A stretch of DNA of 64,000 nt from Felis catus (lineage: Eukaryota): NCBI RefSeq assembly GCF_018350175.1, contig NC_058368.1, positions 160,582,001 through 160,646,000 of the forward strand, given 5' to 3'. The position numbers were made by a program, and so were the translations under genes. The notes beneath the pieces were generated by a model that did no database searches, was not told the DNA's origin, and saw only the letters and a program-made list of their open reading frames with translations. Of this stretch, positions 26,021 through 39,978 are shown piece by piece (position 1 is the first letter of the stretch; every line of letters starts with the position of its first letter).

Positions 26021-26927
26021 AGGTAGATTAAACAAAGTTGTGTGTCCTCTAATTCCATATATTCATTCATTTACTTATTCCTTCATTTATTCATCCATCT
26101 AATATTTATTTAATATCAACTTGTTTTTAAGGTCAGCAATCAGGTATTGGAAATGCAGCCATAAAAAAAGAGGTGGCTCTAGACATCCATGAGTTTATCA
26201 CTTAGTGGGAAGAGACATCATGCAAAGTGCAGGTCATAGGGCTATAAAAGCAGCCCATAAAAGGCCAAATTTTATTTAATTTATAGGAAATATTAACGCC
26301 AGAGATTTGTAACTTTGGTAAAAATTCAACCTAGTATAATTTTAATATAGTTCATGTTCTTTTATTATAAAAATGTTACCTTCTGCATTCCTTTTACTGC
26401 AAGTCTGGTAGTCATCCTACAAAATAAAACAGATTTCAATTAAAATACATCTGAAAAACTTGAAGGAGAGCAATTGTGTGAGTAACCTTTATGCTATTAG
26501 TGCCCTGGGCTCCTTTGACAGCAATAGCAGGAAAATTATTTTAATTAGATTTTCTCAGGTTCTATAGAATGATTTGTTTCTGAAAAATTGTAACATGGAG
26601 ACAAGGAGAGAAGTCCATTTCCTGAACTTCATATCAGCTGATATTGTGGTTGCCAAGTGTCTGCAACTAACCACAATAAAAGTGCTAAAGTAAGTATATA
26701 TATTTATGCTAATGGGGTGAGGCAGAATTACAGTTTTACTGATCTGCTGTCTGCATATTTTTATGTAGTACTTAGGTGTCTATAACTTTTCTATTGATAG
26801 TATTTTATTGCTTTTTATACAAAAACAAATCTTACAATGTTTAATTCATTAAAATATTCAAATTAGAAATATATACAATATAAATAAATAGAGAACTGAA
26901 TTTTCATTGTTAAACAGAAACATAGTT

Positions 26928-27080
26928 GGGGGCACCTGGGTGGCTTATTTGGTTGAGCATCTGACTCTTGATTTTGGCTCTGGTCATGATTTCAAGGTTC
27001 ATGAGTTCGAGCTCCACATCAAGCTCTGTACTGACAGTGTGAGGCTGCTTGGGATCGTCTCTTTCTCTGCCCCTCACCTG

Positions 27081-27153
<73 letters not shown>

Positions 27154-27176
27154 ATAAATAAATAAACATTAAAAAA
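26928..27176 (+). mobile_element. CAN-SINE with (CA)n(CT)n
   Basis: TSD AGAAACATAGTT on both sides. Confidence 0.96.
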
Positions 27177-27222
27177 AGAAACATAGTTTTACTGACTTTA
27201 GTTTTGTATAGAAAATGTTTCA

Positions 27223-27453
27223 GGGGCGCCTGGGTGGCACAGCCGGTTAAGCATCCGACTTCAGCCAGGTCACGATCTCCCGGTCCATGAGTTCGAGCCC
27301 CGAGTCAGGCTCTGGGCTGATGGCTCAGAGCCTGGAGCCTGTTTCCGATTCTGTGTCTCCCTCTCTCTCTGCCCCTCCCCTGTTCATGCTCTGTCTCTCT
27401 CTGTCCCAAAAATAAATAAACGTTGGAAAAAAATTTTTTTTAAATAAAAAAAA
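27223..27453 (+). mobile_element. Young felid SINE (SINEC_Fc)
   Basis: CpG-rich, CAGCCAGGTCACGATC and GGGCTGATGGCTC motifs, perfect TSD AGAAAATGTTTCA (27210-27222 and 27454-27466). Confidence 0.97.
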
Positions 27454-29121
27454 AGAAAATGTTTCATATATTTTAATCTGTAAAATCTACCTTCAGGAGA
27501 AATTTTTATGTAAACCTGAAAATTCAGCAGATCCCAAACCTTGTATCCATTTTGTACAAATAACCTCAACCTCACACATGTAATCTCTTCAGAAGTACTA
27601 AACTCCACAATTTAAGGACATAATCAAAGCATTGTTGTCAAAGTATTCATTGTTGTTGTCAGAGCACTCATTGCCTCTGAGGGCTACAATAGGTGGCTGA
27701 AGGAAACAGGATCCTGGAACCACGAAACATGTTAAGATGGGCTGCCCAGTGAGTCTGGCTCATTGAGTCAGAAAAATCAGAGTACACCCATGGCAGAGGG
27801 CATAAGTTTTACGGCTAACTTCCTTTAAAAAGAACTTGTCCCCATGCTTCCTTCAAAGGACATTGCCCTACCAGTAGTTTCATTGCTTAGATGCCACAGC
27901 AACTTAGTACCCAATTTTCTACAGAAACTCCCACCAAAGTCCTGACATCTCAGGAATATGATGTGGAAAACTCTCCCAGTTTTTGCCACTCCTGTAACAC
28001 TATAAACTCACCTACTCCTTGTATCAATGAACATATTTTCCAAAGCCACCACCCTCATCACCAAGAAGTGGCATCTCCATCATCTCTCTTTTTTTGAAAT
28101 CTCAGTCCTTCCAAAGCAAAGGCTTATAAATATGATTTTCAGGGAGGCTATATCCCTAATTGGAACGTCTCTTATTGAGATGGAAAGAATGTCATCTTTT
28201 TTTTCTTCTTTACCAAAGGGACACCAGAAAGTACAAATAAGAAAGGCCTAGACAAATACATGTCTCAATCATCTTCCTAAAAAATAATGCCATTGTCAAA
28301 TGTGTGTGTGTGTGTGGGGGGGTGCGTATTCTCTGAATATTATAGCCAAGGCATCTGAACAAGTTGAGATACTATACTTTTAGTTGTAATACTGACCGAC
28401 TTTCCTCCCTAGATCTCTTGGGCATAAACCTCCAGGCCCTTTGACTCATAGACTTTCTAGCTGCTGTGTTCTGAGCAGGACCCATGCTACCAAGGACAAA
28501 GAAATCAGGCAAATGCCCAGGATAACCTATCTTTGAAGGGTGGATCTAATTCTCCATAATTCCCAGGCAATGTGCTGCTCCTAGCCTAGGCTGCCATAGG
28601 ACTTTGGCAAGTCCCTTGATTACAAGTTGTATATTCTGTAATTCTTGAAAACCCACTTCAATTCTGAGGACTTTTAGCCAGTTTGTTGCCCACTTATCAT
28701 GAGATGAGCATATAGGCAATTCACTAAGAAGTTTTGATGAACCTGGAAGTTAGTGAAGTTTATTTTCCTGAGAATAGAAGCTTTTTCTTAGGCAAAGCTG
28801 AGATATACATCCCTGGGTAACACGGTGAACCCTATAAAAATAAGACTTTTTCCAGGTAATAATTAAATGTTCAAGGGTTAGGAATTCTGCCTTACTTTTT
28901 GGTAGTGGCCAACCTTTGACTTTTATCCCAGTTCTAGAAACTAAGACCCCTGTCTTAATATGTCACATATGGGTTCTCATCTTGTTTTTTGTGTTTTCCT
29001 GGGATTGTAAAATAAGATTTTCTTTTGTTTATAGACTTAGTTAGTGTACTTCTTCATGGAGACTAGAGTACAATCTCTGAACATTTCTTGTAGTTGGAAT
29101 AACATTAGACCTTCTGGATAT

Positions 29122-29268
29122 TATTTTTATTTTATTTTATTTATTTTATTTTATTTTATTTTATTTTATTTTATTTTATTTTATTTTATTTTTTATTTTA
29201 TTTTATTTTATTTTATTTTATTTTATTTTATTTTATTTTATTTTATTTTATTTTATTATTTTATTTTA
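29122..29268. repeat. (TTTTA)n pentanucleotide repeat
   Basis: Directly visible; explains the YFILF ORF. Confidence 0.97.
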
Positions 29269-29796
29269 CTGTTGGTTTGGTTTGGTTCCTTGAATTAGCT
29301 GACAGATTTTTGTCGGATAAAGATCTATACTATAATGGATTTGCTGCCCTACATGGAAAGTTTATCTCAGTTCTTAGTTTTCCCTGGTCTAGCCTGTTCT
29401 GATCTCAGGCAGGTGCCATTTCTGGTGATTTGAAGAAACAGATGACTGATGTTTTCCTGTTGGCAAGAATCTCAACTTGTGGGCCTTAGATTCTTGTGAC
29501 TAGAGAATAAGAGAAAAGAAGGAGGCTAGTATAGGGAACGCTTTTTATGTACTAGATTTATGCTAGGTAACTGTGTATATGTATTATCCTTTGGATGTTC
29601 AATTTCTTGGGATCTGGAAACAAGCCTTTTTTTTAAATGCAGAATCTAGCAAAGGGTCTGGCATCTCATGAGTAAATACTTCATAATATAGGCTCATATT
29701 TTCCTTTCACATATAATTTACAAGAAAGATTTCATGACCATATTACAGATACAAAATTGACATTCAGAGAAATTAGGCAATTTGCCCAATAACATT

Positions 29797-29972
29797 AAAA
29801 AATGTTTTTTAATCTTTATTTATTTTTGAGAGAGAGACAGAGCATGAGCCAGGGAGGAGCAGAGAGAGAGGGAGACAGAATTCGAAGCAGGCTCCAGGCC
29901 CTGAGCTGTCAGCACAGAGCCTGATGTGTGGCTCAAACTCATGCTCAACTGATTGAGCCACCCAGGCACTGC
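29797..29972 (-). mobile_element. CAN-SINE with ~35 bp internal deletion, inserted in a MIR
   Basis: TSD TGCCCAATAACATT at 29783-29796 and 29973-29986; AACTCATG joined directly to CTCAACTGA. Confidence 0.93.
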
Positions 29973-30819
29973 TGCCCAATAACATTTTAAATGACATCCA
30001 GCATTCTAATCTGGGATCGCTCTAAAATATATATTCTTTAGTCTATTTGATTATTACTATATGATTTCACTATGTATATAAATTATAAAAACTTACTTAA
30101 AAAAGAGTTGAGGCAACTTGAATATTAACAGGTATATAAAGATAGATTTTTAAAATTTCAAAAACTTACTGAAGTACTAAGTATATATTAAATATATATA
30201 ATTATTATACATTAACTAATTATATATTAAAATAACAAAATTATATATTAAAAATTGAAATAAGCTATTTGTTTTCATAAAGGGATACAATAAGATCTGA
30301 GCTGTCCAGAAGAACAGGTGCAGGAGGATGCAATGAATTATAGAGTTTTATTTTTTAACAAATGAAAGTTCATGTTGTTTTTACTAGTATAAATGTTTCT
30401 CATGATGAACATAAAAGGAGAAAAAAGTGAGACTAAAGTTTCCTTGGAACTAACTGGACCTCTAGCATTAATAGAAATGTTAGGTAATTAATAGTAAGTA
30501 AAAGTTGTGTTAGTTTTGCTTATGATTCCATTGATAAGCTAGTGGAATCATCCAAATGACAGTAACAATGCTAAGGGTTCACTAGACCACTCATTTTATA
30601 TATTTGTAAAGCTCCTGATATAGGAATTTGTGAATATATAGTAGTCATCAGGGAAAGGAATCTTTACATTCTTGAATTTATGTATTCAATTTTCTTAAGA
30701 TATTATTTTCTGATATCACTGTAAAGAAGTTCATCCCAAAGGAGACTGAGATTCCAAAATGTTATAAGCAGCTGTTTTAAGATAATTATCAGTTGTGAAA
30801 ACTACCTAAGAAGCAATAA

Positions 30820-31030
30820 TTATTGCAAATACATAGGATGTGCACTAACTGGCACATACATGCTAAATATTTCACAGAGAGTAAATTCTCTGAACCTCCC
30901 CACAACCTGTGAAGTAGATACTATTACTATCCCTACTTTCCGGATAACTAAACTTGGATAAAGAAAGATGAAGTCATTTTCCCAGAGTCACAGAGCTATT
31001 AGGCAGTAGAAGAAGGATTTGACACCTGAG
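30820..31030 (-). mobile_element. MIR SINE
   Basis: CACAACCTGTGAAGTAGATACTATTACTATCCC..GTCACAGAGCTA..GGATTTGA. Confidence 0.75.
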
Positions 31031-31899
31031 AGATCAGCAAAAGAATTTACAAACCTAACCCATATACCATGTTTAAATAATGAAAGCTTCATTTGGTCAA
31101 GTAATCTTTGTTTTAGTCTCTGACTTATTCCAAATGCAGGAATAGTGCGTAACTCATTGTGGACTTTCAAAAAATGTTTGCAAAATTCATGCTTCCACTT
31201 TCTTTTTGTCAAATATATACCATTATATCTGTGTTTTTTTCCAAAATTCAGTTCCTTAATAATCCTGTTGATTATTATTATTTATAATTCTTATATAAAC
31301 CCACTGATCACTGTTTACTGAATAATCTGACATGACTGTAAGAAAGTCCACACTATTTCCTCTCCATAAAATTTTAGTTATATTCCTGAAAACCTTCACA
31401 GTAAGGTAATTTGCATCTGAAGAATATTAAGGTTTATGAAAAAAGTATGCTAAAATGCTTAAGGTCACAAATGAATTATAAAACCCTGTATAAATATTTT
31501 GTTTATTAAAATAAAACAAATCCAATTAATTTTCATTAATAGTCTTTCAAGATACTTATCCTCCTCAATATTAAGATTCTTGAGAATCTGTTGCTTTGTT
31601 GTAGATAATGTAAGTATGTATAGAAAGAGTCTTTTAACCCCCATACCTAATCCTCATGAATTCAGTTCTGATTTTGTGGTTTGGAATTTTATACTCTGAT
31701 TTCAGAAAACTCATCTGAGGATCTTGGGATTCAGAATATTTTTATAGCTGAACAACAATGTAAGAAAATGTGAATATTTCCTCAAATCAATACAACAAGA
31801 ACTTATGTTGAAACTCTGTCCATATACACTGTTACCGAGCCTTAGTACTATTTGTGATGACTTAATTCCAGCACACGTAAGCATGACGGTACACTAAAA

Positions 31900-33190
31900 C
31901 ACTCTAGCTCGTATTTTTAAATAACTACAAAATTTCACAAACTGAGCACCTTCATTTAAACAGTACCCAGATCAAGAAACAGAAAAATACCAGCAGCCTG
32001 GATCTCCTCCTTCCCTTGCTACCTTTTTGTTATTTCTAGTACCACCCTACCCCTGTAATAGTAACTGGTACCCACATCTCTTACAGTGTAGGTTAGCCTT
32101 ACTTGTCTTGGTACTTTATATATAGAATCATATGGTACAAACTTTTTTATTTAAGTCTGACTTCTTTCTCTCAATATAAAGCTTGTGAGAACCACACGTA
32201 ATGTAGTATCTATAGAAATATTCATTCTCCTTCATGTGCACGTCTTTTGATCAATACTTGTTTATATTTTTGTCAAATGTGTACCTGTAACAATCCTGCA
32301 TCATGTTTAAGGTTTTTTTTTCAATATTTAATTTTGAGAGAGAGATAGAGACAGTGCAAGCAGGGAAGGAACAGAGAGAGGGAGACACAGAATCTGAAGC
32401 AGGCTCCCGGCTCCAAGCTGTCAGCACAGAGCCCGACACGGGGCTCGAACTCACGGACCGCGAGATCGTGACCTGAGCCAAAGTTGGACACTTAACCAAC
32501 TGAGCCAGCCAGGAGGCGATGTATATGTTTAGTTTTAGCAGACACTTAACACTTTTCTCAAGTGACTATAGCAATTTTCAGACCCAAAGGTAGTTTATAA
32601 AATTTCTGTTGCTCCATATCCTCATCAGTGGTGCATTTTTCTTTTCTTATTTTAGCAATTCTGAAGATTATTTAGTTATATCAAATTGTGGTTTTACTAC
32701 ATATTTCTCTGATGACTAAGTTGCTCATTTTTTACATTTTTATTGACAATTTGCATATTCTTTTTTGGTTGAGTCCCACTTTTTTTTTTTTTTTTTTTGC
32801 CAATTCTTATGTTTTAAAAATATATTCTGGTAATGAATCCTTTCTCAGATACATGAATGGCAAATATCTTCTCTCACACTGTTGGTTGCCTATTAATGTC
32901 ATCTTTTGATGAATGAAAGTTCATAATTATAATATATTACAATTTATTTATTTTATGGTTAGTATTTTGTGCCTCATTTAAGAAAACCTTGCCTAGCTCA
33001 AGGTCATTTACCTTAATTTACTTCCAAAAGCTTTGTTGTTTTGACTGTCATACATTTAGATCTTTAGTTTATCTGGAATTGATTTTTATACCTTGCACAA
33101 GCAGGAGTCAAAATACAATTTGTTTTCTTTATATATACCTAACTATCCCAGCACCATTTATTGAAAATGCTATCCTTTCCCCACTGACAC
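31900..33190 (-). mobile_element. Old L1 (L1ME-like) 3' region, split by a SINE
   Basis: ACCCAGATCAAGAAACAGAA; CCAGCACCATTTATTGAAAA..TCCTTTCCCCACTG antisense L1 motifs. Confidence 0.8.
32313..32518 (-). mobile_element. CAN-SINE
   Basis: Canonical antisense body. Confidence 0.95.
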
Positions 33191-33390
33191 TCTGACTTAA
33201 CTTTATCTTACCTCTTTTCTTCTTGGCAGCCACACTTTCCACTTGATACACATGTTCTTTTCTCCCACCTACTTTCACTTCTTTTATTATGTGTAGCTTA
33301 AAACCAGTTTATGTCCAGTTTTAAGAAAAAGATGTACATGTATGACTTTTATATAGAAGGTTTTTTTTTATTTTTTTATTATCATTAAAA

Positions 33391-33585
33391 TTTTTTTGAT
33401 ACTTATTTTTGAGAGATAGAGTGAAAGCAGGGGAGGGGCAGAGAGAGGGAGACACAGAATCTGAAGCAGGCTCCAGGCTCTGAGCTGTCAACACAGAGTC
33501 CAACGCGGGACTAGAACTCACAAACTGCGAGATCATGACCTGAGCTGAAGTTGGACGCTTAACCAACTGAGCCACCCAGGAGCCC
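33391..33585 (-). mobile_element. CAN-SINE (first of tandem pair)
   Basis: Canonical antisense body ending CCCAGGAGCCC. Confidence 0.95.
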
Positions 33586-33596
33586 AGTTTTTTAAA

Positions 33597-33652
33597 TTTT
33601 TTTTTAAGTTTATTTATTTTGAAAGACACAGAGACGGTGTGAGTGGAAGAGG

Positions 33653-33708
<56 letters not shown>

Positions 33709-33857
33709 CAGAGAATCCCAAGCAGGCTCCATGCTGTCATCACAGAGCATGTGATGCTTGAGTTCAACCAGGCTTGAACTCAAGAAACTGCACTATCATG
33801 ACCTAAGCCGAAACCAAGAGTCAAGATGCGTAACCAACTGAGCCACCCAGGTGCCCC
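33597..33857 (-). mobile_element. CAN-SINE (second of tandem pair) with (GA)n
   Basis: Canonical antisense body ending CCAGGTGCCCC. Confidence 0.95.
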
Positions 33858-34955
33858 AACAGTTTTTGGGTTTTTTTGTTTGTTTGTTTTTAGTGGACTT
33901 TGCTGTGAGAGAGTATAGAACACTGTGCTGTCACAACTATGATTATAAAACAGTTGGCTCAACCATTCCCAATGGGGGCAGGTGTGTAATCTGTAGAGTG
34001 GGAATAGTGAACAGCATCTGCTCCACACTCCTTGTGTGCTTTCCTGTTCTGTGAGGCCAGGATCTGCAGAAACCAAATAAAACAACATCAATCTTTTTTT
34101 ACCACTTTCCCTGAGAACTAAGATTCTGTATGTTGATATGCTGTATTCATACAAGACTGGAAAGACTAAAATTAGTAGAAGATTTGTTCCTGTGGCTTCA
34201 GCTATTTCTGTTCTGATGTTCCAATGTGGAGACACTCACAGTTTGTACGGCAGTACTCAGCACCCAGTCTTATTTGAGGGTATTAATAAATAGTTACATC
34301 TTCTTCCTGATTCCTAGCCCAAAGATTGATTAGGTGTCTTTACAGATTGAAGTCTTATTTGTCAACTTTCTGTTTGTGATAGAAGTTAATAGTTTCAATT
34401 AATGTTACCTGTAGTTCATTCTGGTAGCTTTGCCTGGAGATCTAGACTAGAGCATGGCTTTTCAGTATTTCTAACACTTGTGTAAGTAAGCATCATGTTT
34501 CCTACAGTAAATCTCTTAGTGCCTAAATAACTAGAACAGCTTATATCCTGCAACTGTGCCCTTTTGAATAAAGGGACTACAACATTTGACTGAACGATGA
34601 AGTACTTAAGGAAAGGAGGGCAAATTGCCAGTTGGAACAACTGGCTGCACCATAGAACTCTGACTCTCAGAGGCAAGGCAATGACAGGACAATACTGGTA
34701 GTAAAGAAGTGATACTGCTAAAATAAAATAAGCTTATTATGTAATCATATAGTATAATTTGATAAAAGCCTTCAGTGAAGAGAAAGCATGCTTCCTCAGA
34801 TTATTAATTGTCAATTTCTCTCATGTATTTACTAATTGTTTTTCCCTACTTGCCATTAACCAAGACAGGATGAGTTCATAATGAATACAGCTGGAATTTG
34901 ATCGCCAGCTGTGCTGCATGATGCAGTTTTACTGATCCAAATTTTCAATTCGTTA

Positions 34956-35412
34956 CAGATATTCCTCAGCTCACAGTGAGGCTGTGTCCCAATAAGCCCA
35001 TTGTAAGTTGAAAATGTCGTAAGTTGAAGATGCATCGAATACACCTAAACTACCAAACATCATAGCTTAGCCTACCTGCAACGTGCTTGGAACAGTCACA
35101 TTAACCTACCGTTGGGCAAAATCATCTGACACAGAGCATATTTTATTACAAAGTGTTGCCTATCACATATAATTTATTGAATACCATATGAAAGTGAAAA
35201 CCAGAAAGGTCGTATAGATACAGAATGGTTGTAAGCTTATCAACTGTTTACCCTCATGATCGTTCTGCTGCTGGGGAAGTGTGCCTCACTGTGCCACCTA
35301 GCATCCTAAGAGAGTATCTCACTGCATATCAGCCTGGGATTTCTACTGAATATGTATCACTTTTGCATCTTCATAAAGTTGAAAAATCCCATGATAAATT
35401 TGGTACTGTCTG
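34956..35412. mobile_element. TcMar-Tigger non-autonomous DNA transposon (Tigger5/MER47 family)
   Basis: TA|CAGAT...GTCTG|TA termini with TA TSD; CCCATTGTAAGTTGAAAATGTCGTAAG..CATCATAGCTTAGCCTA..TTGGGCAAAATCATCT matches my recollection of MER47/Tigger5. Confidence 0.88.
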
Positions 35413-37401
35413 TATTTGCCATAGAGATGTTAACCCAGAGGAAATGAAAAGAAGTAATTGATTCTTTTTGCTATGTTATTACTCTTAACCCACCTAAATC
35501 CATAAAGGATCTGAGGTAAATTATGTCATAAATCATTAAAATAATACTAAAATATGATTTATATAAAATAAAAAAATAATACTTGTGCCAAATAGAAATA
35601 TGAGGCTAGCAATACAGCAGCTGGTACAGAGTTGGATTTTAAGCGTCCTAGAAACTGAGATCAAATAGATAATATGTTTTTAAATAATCTATTACCTAAG
35701 AAAAGATAAAATTCTAGCCTATCTATATAAACAAAGGTTTTCCAAATATAAACTGTGAGAAAAACTTAGACTTGCCACACTCTGTTAATATGTGATAAAT
35801 TATAATACAATTTATAAAGTAATAATATAAAGCTTAATGAAACACATTTTCATGTGGAATCATGAGGAAGATTAATGGTAGACACACTAACAGATCAAAA
35901 TATATTAAATGCTATTTTGGTCTTTCAATCACATACAATATTAATCATTTAAAAAATAAAGTAGATAGTAAACTTAGCGTTTTTTTAAAATTGTGTTATG
36001 TATAGAAACTTAATAAAATATGATATGTTGCATTTTTCATAGGGAATATTGCTTTACTGACACCAATGATTTATTTGAAAATAAATATGTATTTGAAAAT
36101 AGAAAAAGAGAGATAGAGTTGAAAATAAATAGAAACAAATTTTTTATTAGCTTTTAATTTTGACTTTCTTAGCTTTCCTTCAAGAAATCCTTACTGAGAA
36201 CCTATTTTGTGTGGGGTCTACGGAAGTACTGGTAGTATAAAAGGCGTTTAAGTTATCACACTTGCCTGATCCGTTCTTATTCACATGCTCTGATTACTGT
36301 GTTAACATGGGTGAAGCAGAACAAATTAAACACAGTTCTAACATTCCTATTTCCCTCTTCTGATATCATTATTATTTTTTAAGCTTCCAACAGCCATCTT
36401 AGCTCTGTATCCTAGGGTTGTTGGGTTTTCCCCCCTTGGGGTTTTTGCTCTGTATCCTGGGGTTCTTGCTATTAAAGCTTTATTATAGGAGATTACTTCC
36501 ATATTGATAAACTCTCACTTATCGCATTTATGTTTTCCGCCCTCAAATTCCAGCCTGAGACACATGCTCTTTGTTCCTGCCAGCCCATGTCGTCTCGTTC
36601 TGCAGCTTCTTTGATGTATATATTTTCTTTTTGCTGTGAAGCTGAACTGATTGGGATTTAACCCTCATTATTTGCTGGCTTGTCAGAAAAGGATTATTTT
36701 ATAAGGTGTCTGTCTTGTATGTTGCTTCTCTGTTGTGTTCAGGCATGGGGAGTTATAATCTTCTAATAGCAAAGAGTGAAGGGCCAGATCTGTAAACCCA
36801 GTGGGTACAGAGGAATCTAGGATTTCAAATTTCAAAACTGTACTTAACCGTGTTTCTTCATCTCCACGTGTGGGTCTACTTCTTTACCATTATGGCCTTG
36901 ACCTTGGTTTAGACCCCCTGGGCCTGAGAATTCAACATTTTCTGTAGCTCCTTAATTACAGTTAAGCCCTAACCTGATTCTCTGCTCTATCTGCCTTTGA
37001 GATACAAATGATCAGGATTTCTATAAATGTTGCCAAGGAGACACCAGCTTTCACTTTGTGCTTTGAATTAGTGATTAATCATTCTAACCCTGTCATTACC
37101 TATCTTCTACAAATCAATGGAAGTAAGCAGCACTTAATTTCATGGCATTTATGATTGACTATCCTGTCATACTTCTCTAGTAGCAGAGATACCGTACCAG
37201 TTGTGTTACCCCTTTCCATTGCTATCCCATTTCAGTTAACATTTGGTAGAAGTTTTAACAATCATGTTGTTATAACATGTCAGAGGTTATGCATACTCCA
37301 ACTTTACCAGTTATGGCTGCTCGATGCCAGCTAGCTGGCAAGTGATCCATTTCCAAAATCCCATATTAAAGTATGCTTCCTCAAACTACCCTTGGTCATG
37401 G

Positions 37402-37843
37402 CTGTCTTCAAATGTGTTTCCTGGAAATAAAACTCTGAGACAGAGAGTTGTACCAGAAGATTTGTTGAAAAGTAATCTTGGGGAACACACCTACAAGAAA
37501 GACAAAATCAGATGGAGAAAGAATCTGTGCACAATGTTGTTGGGAATGAGGCCTCCAACAGTTCTATGGGGGACCTCTGGAGTTAAATTGTCTTTCACAA
37601 TTGTCCTGAATTGAAACAAAGGAGCTGGAACTTGTATGCCTGCATCAGACAATCACTGGCTGCAGATTGAAAGCTGTGCAAGGAAATAACTTTATATGAA
37701 GATGTTTCCAATGGTAATTTGCAGTGGAGGGCACACAGTATGAGCCATCAGCTGGCCAACATTCCTAGCAACTAGGGGATACATGCATTGACCCTAGAGA
37801 GAAAAATGGAGTTATCTAGGCAGAACATCATAGTATTCATTAT
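37402..37843 (-). mobile_element. ERVL-class solo LTR (LTR33/LTR16-like)
   Basis: TTCCTGGAAATAAAACTCTGAGACAGAGA..GGGAACACACCT..CTATGGGGGACCTCTGGAG motifs. Confidence 0.6.
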
Positions 37844-39799
37844 AACTTGAAAAAAAAGTGTGTGATACAATTTATTGCCCCCAGGATATTATAATATACT
37901 GGAAAGAGGAGGCTGACATTCTTCAAACAATGAAAAGGACATTTGTGCATTTAATTATGTTGTGAGGTGGCCTATGAACCTATACAGGTGGAACCAATTG
38001 TAAGAGATTTTAGAAAGTAAACACAGGCCAAACTTGTTCACTGGGTTTTACATTTTCTTCCTGCCTGTACTCATAAATTTGCAACTTCCCTCATTTGTGA
38101 CCTCTCTTAGAATTACTGGTGACTAGGCTTCTAACATTGTCTCAAGGTCTTTATTTATCTATTCTTAGGAATAAGTAAAAACTTCTGATTGTGAGACAGT
38201 GAGAACTTTGCATCCTTTGGGTTCTCAGAGCCTATTGGGAGGTTTTGTTTCTCCATGACCTGGACTCTTGTCAATTGTGTTTGTTTTACAACTTTCTGCC
38301 CTGAAAAAGGAATGGTTTTCTCACTGCTGCCTTCTTCACTCACCACTTCCTTAAGAGAGCACTGACAAATATCATACATCACATGGCCCATCATCGAGTG
38401 TTCCAAGTTGTACTCTGGCTGCATGATAGCATTCTCTTTCTTCCCACACAGATAATCCCATCTTGCTCTGCTTCCACAATACTTTATGCATATCTATTTT
38501 TCTCTCTGCACTGAAATGATTAGTTTTCCTGTGTGATACCACTTGTTTGCGTCTTTCATGCAGCATCCCACAGAAGCATGACTGCATTTTCTTCATTCGT
38601 TAATCAAATGATTAGTCTTCTGACAAGGCACCAGGAGATACTTAGATACTTAAGACAAACCTCAGTGAAATTACAGTCTATTAAGGCAAAGCAAACTATA
38701 ACAAATACATTACAATATAGCATGAAAATGTTCTTACAATTTATGTCTTTATATGTAAGCACTGAATCTGGTACATTTTGAACTATTTGGTGATCCCTGA
38801 ACGTAGCACCTTTGATATGAACTTCGCTTTTGCTTAGGCAGTTTCTCTTGCCTGAATTGTGGTTCCTTCATGTAACTAAATATTACTCATCCTTCAAGAC
38901 CATTTGAATTAGGTCATCCTACTTTGAGAAGTTCTCGAGAGGTGCAACCTAATGTATTTAAGTCTTGGTTAGGTGAACTTTCTCTATAATTTCATAGAAA
39001 AAAATCAAACTTTATTACGGTACTTATTAACTAATGCCATTATTTGATAATAGTTGCTATTATTTATTAATAGCGGCTATTTATTGCCTATCTACTATGT
39101 GCTGGAATACTACCCTACATACTTTGCATGCGTTTTTACACTAATTATCCATGCAATCGTAGGAAGTAAATATTATTTTCATTTTATTGAAAGTAATATA
39201 ATAATCATTGTGACTCAAAGGCAGTTTACTGGTGCCTCAGAATGATTAACTGTTGTCTACAACCACAAAGTCTTCTTCCTCTTGATAAAAACTGAAAATT
39301 TCTTGTACCTTACCTGTTGAGAGAAATTTCTGGTGGAGATAAGTGAAAAAGTATATCTAAGATATCCTCAGATACTCAGAAACAGTGCTATTTTTCCAAA
39401 CAGTGACCTTGTGTCCCTGGCCACCTAGATTGTCTCATTGGTATTGATTTTTACATTGTAGAACACGGTAAAATTTCACAAAAATATTCATTAGGATATG
39501 GAGATGATATTGTAAGATTTTAGGAACATTAACTTTATAGAAAGATTATGTGCATCAAATCTGGGCAAATAATTCCCTCTTATTTACTTTCTAAAGTATT
39601 TCCATCTTATCTTTTTGGGAGTATCATCCTTAACCCTGAGGTAATTTCAGTCTCTTACAGATGTTCACCTGCCTCATTTAATTTACTGACAAAGAAAGAA
39701 AATAAAAGTGGCCTAACATGAAAATGCTTCCTCAGAAAGTCTGATTTCTCATTTAGACCCATAGAGCATTATTAAATGAGAATCCAAACAGAAAAGAAA

Positions 39800-39811
39800 G
39801 TGTGTGTGTGT

Positions 39812-39860
<49 letters not shown>

Positions 39861-39978
39861 GAAAATGGAAAATGTACAGTATATACTGGAAAAGAGTATA
39901 TATACACACATATATAGCATATATACAAAGTTTATGTGTGTATGTGTGCAATTGTGTGTGTGTGTGTGTGTGTGTGTG
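39800..39978. repeat. Compound (TG)n microsatellites
   Basis: Two (TG)n tracts at ~39800-39857 and ~39953-39978. Confidence 0.97.

Noticed and set aside
33321..34235. 148-aa and 151-aa minus-strand ORFs
   Set aside because: The first is read through two tandem CAN-SINEs; the second ends in a SINE and shows no recognisable homology
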